Shown piece by piece: positions 24,101-36,700 of a stretch of 64,000 nucleotides of DNA (its first letter is position 1; the number at the start of each line of letters is the position of its first letter). The DNA comes from Klebsormidium nitens. Its lineage: Eukaryota > Plantae > Klebsormidiophyceae. The translations under genes and the position numbers were made by a program. The notes beneath the pieces are model-generated. The model worked only from the letters and a program-made list of their open reading frames with translations. It did not search any database and had not been told where the DNA came from. The stretch covers positions 1 through 64,000 of the forward strand of contig DF237332.1 in assembly GCA_000708835.1 (NCBI GenBank). The letters run 5' to 3'.

Positions 24101-27100
24101 CGCTTCTCTGCCCACGGGCGCGCACGCGCTGAAGTCTGCTTCCGCTTCCGCTTTGTGCGTCTCCTGGTCGATGGTGACGTCAGCACGTCCGTCAGCGCCC
24201 ACATAGTCGTCATGAGTGACGACAGAGCCCGTCTCCGATTCAAATGCGCTACCATCGCCCACTTCTTGGCCGTCCTCCTCTTCTATCGTGACGTCAGCAA
24301 GGCACTCTACGCCCAGCTCCTCGTCAAGATTGACGTCAGCACGCCCCTCGGAACCCGGGCCCTCGTCCGCACCGACGCAAGCATCCCCCTCCGAGCTTGC
24401 GTCTCCGTCTGGAATGACGTCAGCGCGGTCGGCCGCGGGCGCGCCCTCCTCCGGAAGCGGCTCCAGGCCCGCCAAACCCTTCGCGAGGGTTTTGGTCGAT
24501 CGGTCGGCGCTGCGGAGAAGCGCGACGTCGGCCGGGGCAAGCCCCAGGTGGCGGCGGCTTTCGAGCGCCTCTTCCAGGTTCACGCTGGCGCGGCCTGCAT
24601 GGAAAGAAGGAGGGGATTGTGGGTGGACTCCGTAGGTTGCGAGGGCAAATTCTTGCGATGTCGGCGGGAATGATCCTGAAATGACGCCCGCTCTACAGGC
24701 TTGTTTCATATTCACACTAGCGTGATTTGGAGTAAGCTTACAGCAGGCGGCTAGAAGAGTTTGCAGTAAGTCTACTGCCCTCTCTTGTTCTCTTCAATCT
24801 GCTGATCCGTCTGGCACGACGCATACTAGATTCACTCGGTCTATCACTACCACCACAGAAGAATGGAACAAGATGAGAATTGAATAGAATGAGAATGGAT
24901 TGTGTGAAGATTTGAAGCAGTACTGGTAACGACCCTCTTCCGCAAAATCCAAGCTAGACACAAGACTCACGGGACGTCCGTTTGCAACTCCCACGTAGTC
25001 GAAGGCTCCTGCAGAGACAGTAGCAATCCGCCTCTTGTGGAAAATGAACTGCCCTACCGGCGACTTTCCCCAGAGCTCAAGACCTCCTATTCGTAATCCC
25101 TTCAAGGCGGACGATTTTCCATAACCACGCCTTGGATCCTAACTTCTCCACGTCGTATTCCTAACCTTTTTGCATTTCGTTGCCACAAGCGAAGTTATGA
25201 CACGGACGGTGGGACCATCGCTTACCGTCCGGGTACGCCATCGCGCGCCACAGCTTCAGCGGGTCCTCCGCGCTCTCCCCGGGCGACGTAGCGCTCCAGC
25301 TCAGGCGCGGCCGCGTCGCGCGGCTCGTCGCGCCCGTCTCGGGGCTCTGAGCAGTTTGCGGCGACAGACTCGCGCCTGACAGGGCCTCCTCGTCGCCCAA
25401 AAGCACCTCGTCATCGTCTTCGCACGACAGCGGCTCGGGGGAGCGCAGCCGTCGGGGGATCTCGGTGGGGCGGCCGCAGGGTTTGGGGCTTTGGGCGCGC
25501 GCGAGCGCGGCTTCGAGCGCGCGGAGGTGCGGGGAGGGTGGAGGATCCAGGTACAGACAGGGCCGTTTGACAGCAAAAGCTTCGGGTTCTCTGCGGGGAA
25601 TGGTGTGAATGGGCGCAGGGATAAACACGGAGGAGTTTGGCTGAGCCCCTTCCTTTGTGGGCGACCGCTCCCCTTGTGCGTCCTGTGTATCATCGCCGGC
25701 TATAGCGTCCCGTGTCTCTTGATCATCGTGCTCGTCCCCGTCGCTTGCCCACTCGTCAGAGTCCGACTCATCGGCACACTCCGGCGGAATGTCCGGCTCC
25801 GCTTCCGGTCCTCGGAGTTCCGCCGGAGCTCCTAAGGACCCCAGGTCTTTACAGTCCTCCTCCTCGTCACTTTCGCTCTCTTCGACGATCTTCGCCAGAC
25901 CCTCCTCGGGGCCCTGTTCTTGCACTCCATGCCGCTCCAGCACAGCCATTTCAGCGCCGGTCTCGTCAACTACGGGGCCCGGGGACTCTTTCGCGGGCGG
26001 GGTCGCCCCTGCTTTGAGGTCCACCGAGCTGCCCAGGCTGTAGAACGCGGCGACCAGCTCCTGGATCGACCGCGTCGCGTCGTTCTGGTGCGATACGGCG
26101 GGCGCCGCCGGTTTCGGCAGGGTTTCGGGGGTTTTGCTGATGCCGACGAGGTCCGAATAGGAGATGCGACCAGCGACCTGCGGCGTCCAGTAGTTCAAGG
26201 ATCAGATGCGGTCTAGAAGTGATGGAGACGCAATCAGAGAGGTCCCACAAAAGGAAACATTCTGGAAACCGCTTGGATGCCCCTGCAAGCAGTTGTCCAG
26301 GCGGACGACGGTAAGCAGATCCAAACTCAGGTAGCGAGTGAGTGGCCGAGCGCCCAGCTTGAAGTTCTGCTCTTTTGATTTGCAATTGCCTTTCAAAATA
26401 CCTTCCTTGGAGACTTGGTCTTGGTAGCTTTTCCGGGCAGGCCAGAGATTGGTCTGTCGAAGAAAAGGGCCTCGATCATACTGCGCTAACATTAACTCCT
26501 TTCCAAAAACCCGTCAGCATTACTTGATCCCAAGGTGAGCTTGAAATGGAATGTGCTCCTTTCACGAGGGCTTTCAAGCGAATGAGTTTACATCGTCACC
26601 TGCTCATAAAGGCGTAAGCTTATGCATACGTCCTCACCTCGCGAGGTCGGATCTCGGGCGGCGCACGGAGCGCCTCTCTTTTGACCAAGAACTGGTCCAG
26701 TCCGCCGTCCCAAGCCAGCCCCTCCTTGCTGTCCCGCACGGCTGAAACAAGAGGATTGGGGGAAATGTCAAACGGCTCTAAATAATACCGACATGCTGAA
26801 AGCTTAGAACTGGGAGCAGATAAAACAGATTCAACGTTCTTGCGCAGAGGTGGCAGCCGGACCAGTCTTTCCTCCAACGATTCCGTCCATTAAGAAGTAC
26901 CTACACGGCCAAAACGTCCAGATATCCGAACGCGGCAGGTTCATGATGTGCCTACGAGCTCTATCGGGCGCCCGCTGCGTTTGCTTGTGCCTTCAGACTG
27001 ACTTGTTGCGATTCACAATATGTAACCATCAGGAGTGGGACTATTCGCGAACGAGCGGACGGGGTACACGTCCAATTGCAATGGAAGCATTTGGTGCGCG

Positions 27101-30100
27101 AAATAAGGACAGGCCTGAGATGACAGGTTTCACTCCTACAATGCTTCGTCGTCACAAGCGGAACGGAACGGAGCTTACCGAAACGGGATCCACCCGGAGC
27201 CGCGGCCTTGGTGGGGCTCTTCCTCTTGAGCCACGAGCTCATTCCCGAGAGCACGCCCTTCCTTCTCGGCGACTTGCTCCCTTTCTCCACCACATCCATG
27301 GTCGCCATCTCCTCCCTGGCGACAGCCTTCCAATCTTCGGAGTAAAAGGCGACCTCAGCTTCGCCCGCGCTCTCCTGCGAGCCAAAGTACTCGTCGGAGA
27401 AGGTCCGCTCCGGCGACCCGTACGCGCCTCCCTCCGCCTCCACGTCGCCGTCGGAGCCGCCCGGACCCCATGACGTCACAGCGGCGGCACCTTCTGTTAG
27501 CCCGAAGGCTTCCGAGGCCCTGTGAGGGGCTTGTACGTCGGTAGGAGAGCCTGAAATTGGTTTTGAAACGGGCGGCGAATCCACTTCCGGGGCCTCTTCC
27601 TCCTCCGTCATAAGCGCCCGGATCGCCGCCCACTCACTGTCGGTGCTGGCGGCCAGCAGGTCCTCTTCTCCCTCCTCTAGTTCGTCCTCCTGGAAACGGG
27701 GCTCGTAAGAACCTCGCGTCTCTCCCGCCTCTAGTTCGTCCGGACGGGACGACTTCACACTGCCGTCCCCTTGGTCCGAGAACCCGGGCGTGTTTACACT
27801 CGTGGTCACAACGGATCGCCCTGTCTCCGACTTCAGCGCCTCGTTATCAACCTCGAGTGTGAATAAGCTCTCCGTCGACACCCCAGGGTCTGCCACGTGT
27901 CCCGGCTCAACGTGGGCTACCGCGTCTGACGTCATGTTAACGGCAGCAAGCTCGGGGGACGGGTGCTTTTTGGGTGGGGAGTTGGTGGGGCCCTGTGGCA
28001 CGGGTGACAGCGGGTCCTCATCGGCAAAATCGGGCATGTCCTGCTCCAACGGGGCCTCCAAACCGGCGCAGCTCGCAACCTGTAATGCGCAAAAAGTGGC
28101 CGTTGGATTCCCTATGGTTGCAAGAGTCTGTCGTGCATGGGCGGCAACACGGAATGCGCAGTTCCACATTTTGAAAGAGAAGAACGGACTTTGGTGATCT
28201 AAGTTCCTGAAGAAAAGCCTCTCTTCCAAAGTGCGGTGCTGAATTAACTCATTGTCAAAGCTTTTTATACTGGGCCCTACAGTTGCTTCCGTCGGAGACC
28301 GTCGTGAGACAGGGGCAGCGAACAAGAAGACACTCTACCAAAAGAACCGCTGAGAACCTCTGAGTATGTAGAGAGGCCCGGACAAGCTCTTTGTCTCCTT
28401 TGAACGGTGACACTTCTGCTGTATATGCAAGTTCCAGTAAAACTGTTTTGCTTTCACATTGCAAAATAGTAGCCTTCGCATGGAACGCGTTTCAAAAAAA
28501 AGAGACAGAGTCAACGGAATGTCTACTAGAAGCTGATTAGTTGAGGATGCCAGAAGGAAAAAATAGAAAGAAGGAAGAGGAAAATTACCAACAAGTTCGT
28601 GGATCACAGGTGTAGATCGCAGAAGGCTCCAAATCGATTGTCTCGCTTAGATACGGGTACAATGGAGGCGGTATGCTTCATGTCAAACTGAAGCTCTCAC
28701 CTCTGACCCCATGCTGTGACTCCGTTGCGTTTTGAGCGAGGCCTTCCGCTTGTTGAAGTCCCGGACCTTGGACTCCCAAAACCCTAAACCCTTGCTGCCG
28801 CCGGAGACTGCCGCCAGGCGCCGCGCGACCTCCTTCTGGTCGGATGGGGACAGTAGAACCGGCGCGCTCGCGTCAGCGGCGATGTCAGCGGGAGTGGCTG
28901 ACGGGGCTGGCGGGATGTCGTCATCTGGGGCGTGGATAGGAGTGGTGACTCTGCAAAAAAAAAAAAAAAAAGATTCTGAGACAAGAAGCTCCAGAAGTGG
29001 GGATGCGGGCCTTGGCGTTGAGCATGTGAAAACATTTTGGAACTGCCTGGCACTGTTTGAGGATAAAGGAACAAAGAGAAGTCTGATAGTTGAACACTCC
29101 GATAGCAGAGTCGTCCATATTGGTTGTACAAGGGGCAAAGATTTTAAAGAAGAGAAGGAGCTGAGCGTGGCCTCGATGAAAGGATAGACAAAGGACTGAT
29201 GTGCAAAAGTGACGTGGCTGATTGGCAGGAACTGACTAACAACAAATCGTCGGCTAACTTGCAAATTTCTACGATCAAAGCCCTTTGCAAGAGCAACCAG
29301 TAGGGAAGACAACTCTATCTCACGGCCGCCCCGATACGAGAAGCAAGAGTCTTACCTGTGCTGTCGCGACTTAAGCCGCTTCAACGGCGACTTCTTGGGA
29401 GCCTTCGCTGCGTCTTCCTCAGCCGAGACCCTAGAGACCACAACCGGAACGGGCTCCTCTGGCAAGTTTTCGCTCTCCTCCGCAGCAGCGAAAGCCCCAA
29501 AAGCTTGCAGCCCTTTCGGCCGCCAGTCTTCTTCCGGCCCCTCTTCCGCATAATCCTCTGCTTTAATCGGTTGGATATCCGAAGGGGCTTCAAGAACCGG
29601 CTCGTTTTCGGGGGCTTCGCTGACGGCACTGGGCTGGGGCGCGAGAGCTGGCGCCGACGACCCGTCCGCTTCCGCCTGGGGGACCGGCTCGTCCTTGGCT
29701 GCCTCGCTGACGTCAACCCGAGCAGGTGCTGACGTCACGTCCGGCTCCTCGTCGCTCAGCTGCACCAGGCCCTCCGTCCACGCGGATGGCGCCGCTGTTG
29801 GACGGTACTCCGCGTCCGAACCTCGCCCCACCTTCTTGGACGAGAACATCCGGGCAAAGGGCGACCTCGCCCTGCCCTCCTTGTGCTTCTTGGTCGCCAT
29901 CTCCGGTGCTTCATGGTCGGCCGCTTTCGGGACCGGTTCAGGCCGCTGGAAGGGCGACTTGGACCTGCCACGTGTTTTCACGACGGGGTTCAGAAGCGCG
30001 AGGTCCCCGCCAGGCAGGTGGCCCTTGACGAACAGCAGCTGCACGGCTGCCACGTGGTTCTGGTCCCTCATCATTGGGGGCTCTTCTTTCGGCCCCTTCT

Positions 30101-31949
30101 TCCCAAAGCGGGGCATGCGGAAGGGCGACTTTGAACGGGCGCGCTTGGATGCTTCGGCTGCTGGACCCTTGGTCCCCTCTGCCGTTTCTTCGTTGCCCCC
30201 CTCCAACAAGCGGACTTTCTTGTCAAACCCGTAGGTCTCCATCGGCTTTTGCACAGGTTCTGGGAGGTTAGCCGCTTCGGAACTAGGGGCGGGGACTGTT
30301 GGGTCAGAGCCGCCCTTGCTCTTGCCCCCAAACCGCAGCCGACTGAACGGCGACTTTGATCTTTCCCGCTCGTTGACGCCGTCCCCTCCGCCTTGCTCTG
30401 CAGCCCGCTTTCCAAACCCGGGCATCCTGAAAGGGGACTTTGAGCGCGCCCGCTCCTCATGTTCTCCACCTTTTTCTTGAGGCTTCCTGCCAAACAGGGG
30501 CGACTTGGACCGCGCCCGTTTCTCCATCTTCCCCTCCAAGTGCTCCTCCTCAGAAGGTGCCCTTCCCTTGAACGCCCGCCCAAACCCAGGGAATCGGAAT
30601 GGGGACTTTGAGCGCTCCTTGGAGACTGCTGCCACCCCCTCCGCGCCTTCCCCGTCATGACCGCCTGCTTCCCGCCCCCTGCCAAAGATGGCCATCTTGA
30701 ACGGAGATCGAGCTCTACCCTTCTTTTCCTCTGCCGCCGCAGCAACATTGGTCTCGGCGCGAGTGTCAACGTTCTCCTTCTGCTTGCGATGGGCTTTCCT
30801 CTCCCTGTGACCCTTCTTGGACGCCTTTGGCTTGTTAGCTGCAACTTCTTGGGAACCTTCCTCCACCTCCCCAGCACAGGACGCAGGCACACCGCCCCCG
30901 CTGTTGAACTCAACGCTCCGAAAAGGGCGCCTTCCGGCCACGACCCCTGCGACCAGTTCCTCATCGGGACTGCCGACATCGGACGCCCCAGACAACTTCG
31001 TGACAGGGGGGCTAAATACTGCCGCCTTGGTGACATCACCTTGGCGCGCGGGGCTAGCCGGGACCTTGCCCTTCGCCTGTCGGTGCGGGTTGCTTTCTGT
31101 GCTCAAGCTCCCCTCCTTCAGCTGCGCAATCCCGCTGTCCCCATCCCCCTCTCCGTGCACATTCCCTCTATTTCTACCTGGCTTCGCAAACTGCCGGTCG
31201 CCAAGAGGCCCTGTCCTCAGGTTTGGTGGCGCGATGTCCACTGGACGCGCCAGGACAATCTGCTCACTCCGGGGCCTGCTCACTGGCATGGTGGAAACCT
31301 CCTCACAGACCTCCTCAATCGTCTCGTCCACCTTCATGAAGGAGAACGAAGAGTCGCTCGCGAAAGCGGGGTCCCGCTTCTTCGATCTCCGGTGCGGCCG
31401 CGCCTCGACAGACGTGTCGCTGCCGACCGCGCCCTCGGTCCGGAGCGCTCGCTGAGACGACGTCTCGCCCTTCTCCCCCGTGTTGCTCCTCTCCAAACCG
31501 CCCCGCTCCCTGACCCTTTCTTCATGCGGCTGCTCAAAACTCGGCTCCTCCCCCAGAGACCTTACGGAAAGCACTCTGCGCAATTCGCCGTTGTTTGGCT
31601 GCCGGATAAACTTGACAGAGTCGTCGCTGTCCGCGCCGCTCGACCCCTGGCGCAGCCTCGCAGCGCTGGCGCTCAGTTTTGCCGCACTCCTCGCCCGCCT
31701 GCTGGCGCTGCGGCTCCTCTCCAAGTCGCGCTCCCTGCCCCGCCCCTGCCGGCTGCTGCTCTCAAAGCTGGTGTCGCGCCCCTTCTGCTGCTCCCATTTG
31801 TAGGACTGCGTCCCCAAAGACGGACGCCAGCTGGACACAGACTCGTGCGTGGCGTCAGAGGAGACGTTGTCCGAAGACCCAGGGGCTGCGGGCTTCAGGG
31901 ACTTGCGGCGGGAACCGCGTGAGCGTTTGGTGTTGCGGGGGGGAGGCAT
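15118..31949 (-). CDS. Giant (~3,500 aa) low-complexity, disordered protein with C-terminal coiled coils; no recognised family
   Basis: Hand-built phase-consistent model: 31949-29356, 28950-28701, 28079-27179, 26741-26638, 26177-25226, 24675-23984, 23451-21142, 20701-20603, 20250-19582, 19052-18903, 18540-18073, 17685-16832, 16154-15852, 15271-15118 (10,500 nt, all GT-AG). Optional 33-nt exon at 16384-16352. Confidence 0.8.
16100..16396 (-). repeat. Three ~115-bp tandem intron/micro-exon units encoding (R)YGSPLSPAST
   Basis: Acceptors at 16385, 16270 and 16155. The 33-nt exon 16384-16352 has an intact GT donor; the middle unit has lost its GT. Confidence 0.85.
19022..19262 (-). repeat. Three ~102-bp tandem copies of an acceptor plus exon start (TAILEHKVHLL)
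   Basis: ccttgtgctccaggatggccgtctgcg occurs at ~19031, ~19133 and ~19236. Confidence 0.9.
20680..20792 (-). repeat. Duplicated acceptor plus exon start (ELKDVQ), 81-bp period
   Basis: tacgcag|gagct(a/g)aagga(c/t)gtccaa occurs at 20701 and 20782. Confidence 0.75.
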
Positions 31950-33729
31950 GGCGCTGGGGGAGAGGGGTGGGTCGGCGGGGTTCTTGTACTGCAGTATAGA
32001 GGAAGAGGGGTCAGTTGGAGGAGAGGTAGGTTAAAGGTATCTGGTGCAAGATGCTGGAATAAGTGGGGTTCCTGTCTTAGGACCCAAGAAAGTCTAAGGA
32101 GATTGAGAATATGGAAGGAGGCCTCTGATCTTTTATTACGCAAGACCTGTCCAGCTTATCTATCACAGTAGGAACTCTGTTTGCAATACGTTACTTCACG
32201 AGCCATGGCCTATTGAATTGGCTATTGTAACAAAGAGTGAGTATGCAGTCTGACAGCCTTTCTTTCAAGTTCTCTCACCTAGCCCGCTCAGAAGCTTCTC
32301 TAAGGATGTGGGCAGGAGGGCAAGAACAGAGTGCACAGAAAAGAACGAAGCTGGCGAGCATGCTCTCAGGCTTAATCAGGAGCATTGCCAGCAACTAAAA
32401 CTGAAAGAGTTGCAGCATTTGCAAGCCAGTCATATGCATCAGCTAAGAACCATACCAGTTGCTTATCAGCTTGGAAAGTGAGTGCTCTGATCAAGCTGTG
32501 CAGGACAATACCTTCTAGATTTATAGTTTAGAGCTGCGAGTGGCAGCCAGACTACTGAGGATTTTGTCCCAGCATAATTGCATGCTTTGCAGAGCTTCAT
32601 ATTCAGACAACATAGCATGTTTCTCTATGGACAAAACTTTCTCCCATGCTGTAACTTCCTTTCTGAAACCCTGAGCTTATAACATGGAACCAGCTGCCAG
32701 GTATTGAGTTTGAATTATGGCAACCTCAGGCTAACTCCTTTCCATACAAGAAGCGTTCAGATTGCAGATGATATTCAGCAAAATGCTCTCTCATTTTACT
32801 AGAAGGTTGGCACAGTCCCCATACATCTCAATCATACCAGGTTTTCAAATCAAAACTTACGGAGCTCTCAGGAATCGTTTACAACAGCATGGCTTCAGGT
32901 ATAAAGCTTTAGGCGACTTTAATCAAATATCAAAGCTCTGTTCCAAACGAGTGAACCTCGAAACATCTTACCTTTCTTGGCTTGTGTGAATGCCTCACGT
33001 GCTCCTCCATAGAGGAACCTCCTGGAGGCGCTTCCATCAGCGTCGGTGGCTGTCTCCTCTCCCTAAGGCAAGCTTTCAGCTTTTCTCATCGTCTCCAAGG
33101 AACTATTGCTCAAGCCCAGAGGGACTTAGAGGACATCTGAACCGAGGTAAGGGGCGCCGTTGCACCAAGACAGGAGCGTTTATCAAAGCACTTGATCTTA
33201 CTTTTGCTGCAAATGTACCTCCGTGCAGCCACACATACCCAAATGTCAAGTGAACCTCTTCCTTGTGAACCTTTCTGCGGCTCAACATGTCAATGCAAGG
33301 GGCTTTTTGCGCACCCAAGCACTACCTAGTTTGTGTAGAGTTCTGAAAGTGCTTTGATGCTGTTGCAAGTGCTTTTGTCAGTGTTGATGTGGTGGGTGTT
33401 TCCAGCTGGCGCCCATTTCGAACTCAAATTGAAATGCCCGACGAACCGTTGAGCAACCTCTACAAAGCAGATCAACGGCGGAGCCAGGCGGTCTCTGCGC
33501 GCACGTGCAAAGACAATTACGCGCGCACGCGCCTCAGTATCTTTGAAGTTGCCCAGTGAGAACGAGCCCTTCCGCTCTAGTTCCCGGCTAGCTCAGCAGA
33601 GCAGGACAGTTGCAGAGTGCTCTTCTGCTCGAAAACGACGCCTGCTGCAAAGCTAGGAGGAAGGCACTCTTGAAGGCGCAGTGGAAGGCACAGACCTCGT
33701 TGGTCACTCGCCTGTTGCGCTTCTGAGAC

Positions 33730-36700
33730 ATGGCTTCCGTCCAGGAATGCAGGGGTGCTCTGGTGGGAGCTGGCCCTTTGACGGTGCTCGTGGTTGGCCC
33801 TGCTGGGGCTGGCAAGAGCTCCACTGTGAATGCGGTCTTCGGGAGACATTTCCTGGCGGCGAAGCCTGCTGAGGTAAGCAGTTTTGCTCAGAGCAATGTG
33901 GATTTTACTTGACCGAATGCAGCTTGCTCGTATTGTATTGCCAAAATGAGGCATTTGCATCTCTTTTGGACTGTTTTCTGCTAAAGGTGGTTGGCTCCAT
34001 GGTTGGCTGCACAGGGGCAAGCATTGGAGCAGGTTTGGGGACCCCTACTGTGCATAGCTTGTTATGATGCAGTTTTCAATGACCAAAGAGTATGGCACAG
34101 TTCCAGAAAAGCCGAATGCTCCAACGTATTTATATTAGCAGTCAATGCAACTCCAAGCGACCATGCATGTTTTGCTTGTTGACCCAAGAGACAAGCATGT
34201 GGGTTCCCGCTTAGGTTTATTATCCTAGCCATTCGCTCACGGGTTTCCGTATTCAATCTGCTGTTTCTGATTCATGTCAGCATTACTTGCAAGAGTGGCT
34301 GTTTCAGAAGATGCAAATGCGCACATTCGTCTCCCTTCTTTGCAAAGCTAAGATAAACTTGGGTCGTTCTGCATTTGTCAAACATGGAATTTTTGCCATG
34401 ATTGAGTCCGTGCGGCCCCTGGTAATGGTTGGAACAGGCGCCACCGATGCAAGCAATATTGAATCCATTCGTGCCAAAAATATTGACCGCAGTGCACTTG
34501 AGAGTGCCTGGTTGGGCTTTGCTTTTCTTATATTTGCTCCTTCCCGATCGAGTTGAAAGAATATGCTTTTGTTGTAATTACTCCGGAGTAACTTCCTTCA
34601 TGTGCCTGTCGGCTGCTTCTGTTGGTGGCTGTATTCAGGTAAATTGGGTGATGGATGCTCCAGTAGGCAGGATTTTGTACCACAACCTCATAAACCCTAC
34701 GCAGAGCATCTCTGCCTTTCATACTTGAAAGCAAGGGGATAAATATGCACTTGCCAGCTTTTTGACTTCCTAGCATGCCATTGACCAATCTGAGAGGTGT
34801 TTGCTCAAGTAGTTGAGCTCCCGCATGCTGCTTGCAAAGCTTTTGTGTGCTTTCATCATCCAATAGTGTGGAAAATCAAGCGTTTTCTTGGTCCTTGTGA
34901 GCGGCATGCAGCCAGCTGTTGTTACCCATCCGTCGCAGGCTTCCGCCGGTCGCTTCAAGCTCGAGGAGTGCGTGCAGACCATCAATGGTTCCAAGGTCGT
35001 CGTGCTCGAGGCCTCTGGCCTGAGCAAGGCTAAGGATGTAGAGGAGCTCCGTAAGAGCCTGTCCAAGAAGCGGAAGACGGTGGACCTCGTGCTGCTCGTA
35101 GAGGCTCTGCAGCAGGCCGGCAGTGTGGATGTGGCCAGCGAGATGGGAGCCAAGTTTGGCGCGCAGCTGCTTAATGCTGCGGTGCCTGTCTTTGCCTGCG
35201 GCCACGTTCAGGTATGGTGCCACCCGTTGCGTCTATTTTCGCATGACAGAAATCAATATGTACACCAGTAATTGATTTTCAGATATGCTGCATGTCGTTG
35301 ATCAAGCACTGACGGCTTGTGCAGCACTTGCATGCGCTGTCCATTTTGAGACTACAGGACATAGAAAGATTAAAGGCTGGTAGAAGTTTGAGAAAATGGA
35401 AAAGGAAAATGACTAGCAGGCGTCATGTATAAACTTGACGTCGGCTATGGTCAAGCCTGGCTTGTAGCATAGACCTTTATGAATGAAATTGCACAAGGGT
35501 AACGTGAACATGCTGAACGGCGCAGGCATTCACTTTTTGTTTTTTCTCAGGAGGAGGCCGATGAAGAGAGCAAGGCTCTGTATGCCAAGCGCAGCGCTGC
35601 TGTTCTCGCTGCCTTCGGCGCAAACGGCGCTGAGGTGCCGTCCAGGGTCATTCCTCTGGAGCTGGAGGGTGCTTCAGTCTGCGAGGAGGGTTTGAAGGTG
35701 GTTCTGGAGGTGAGCTTTTGTAACTGTGAAGACTTCAATGTTAGGATGTTATATTCCACGCTTCCTGCTGCTGATATACTGGGACAGATTATTCTATTGT
35801 TCGAGCATTTGGCATCCTCTCTGAGCAGCGGTGTGACAACACAGAGCGCATATTAGCCTTGTCTTTTCAGCAGAAAGTCTAAGAAACGACTGACGCTCCG
35901 GTGTTGAGCAGGGGGTTTGGCAGATACGATGTTGTACCTCGCTGCCTATGTTGCACATCCAGGTGCATTTTGCTTGTCAAGCATACGGAGCATCCTGACT
36001 TGACTTTCTCATTTTTCCCTCTTCGTCAGGAGATGCGCCGCGTGCGCGCTCAGAAGACGCCAGCATTTGTCCCTGCCACCACTATGGACGCTGACCTCAA
36101 GGACCTGAGCCTGGTCATGGACCACAACATGTCGGTCGCCAGCTTCAATGCTGCCCCCGCGTTCCTGCCCAAGCAGGCGCCTGTGAAGGTGAGTTCTGGA
36201 TGGTGGCATCTCCTTGGCACAGGATTTTGCAGAGATGTTGCGTGTGTCTGCTAGGATTTTGTTCTTGTGAGACAAGGTTCGGATGGTTTGACACAATGAG
36301 ACTGCTAATAGAACCAGCATCTCGCCATCAAGCGCAGCAAAAGGGACCTCAAAATGGGCTCGTCGTCTTTGGATTGCGAAAGATATTTTTAGATATATCC
36401 CCAATTCTTTGAGCTATGTTCTCAGACTCAGTCCACATGCCCGGCGTTCGCTGTCTCTCAACACTAACTCCAGGGTAAAGGAATCAGGTTTTCCTACCAG
36501 GCAACCGTCGCGCTGTTGAAAGTTTGTCAACAAGCCTGCTGACATTTTGCGGCTCTTAACCCTGCCCCACATGAAGGGTTTTTAAAACAGGAAGCCTAAA
36601 ACTGTTTTTTTCCTGTCCGATTATGTTTTCAGACTCCTTCCACAAATCATTCTTGCAACCATCATCCTGACGCTTTGTATCTTCTCAAATTCAGGTCGTG

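Noticed and set aside
24971-25008. Possible 38-nt exon (GAFDYVGVANGRP) in the giant gene
   Set aside because: Its 3' phase does not fit the next acceptor at 24675, whereas direct splicing from 25226 is in frame
33502-33507. G-box CACGTG upstream of PHR2 as a light-response element
   Set aside because: A single hexamer is expected by chance; not supportable without conservation or expression data
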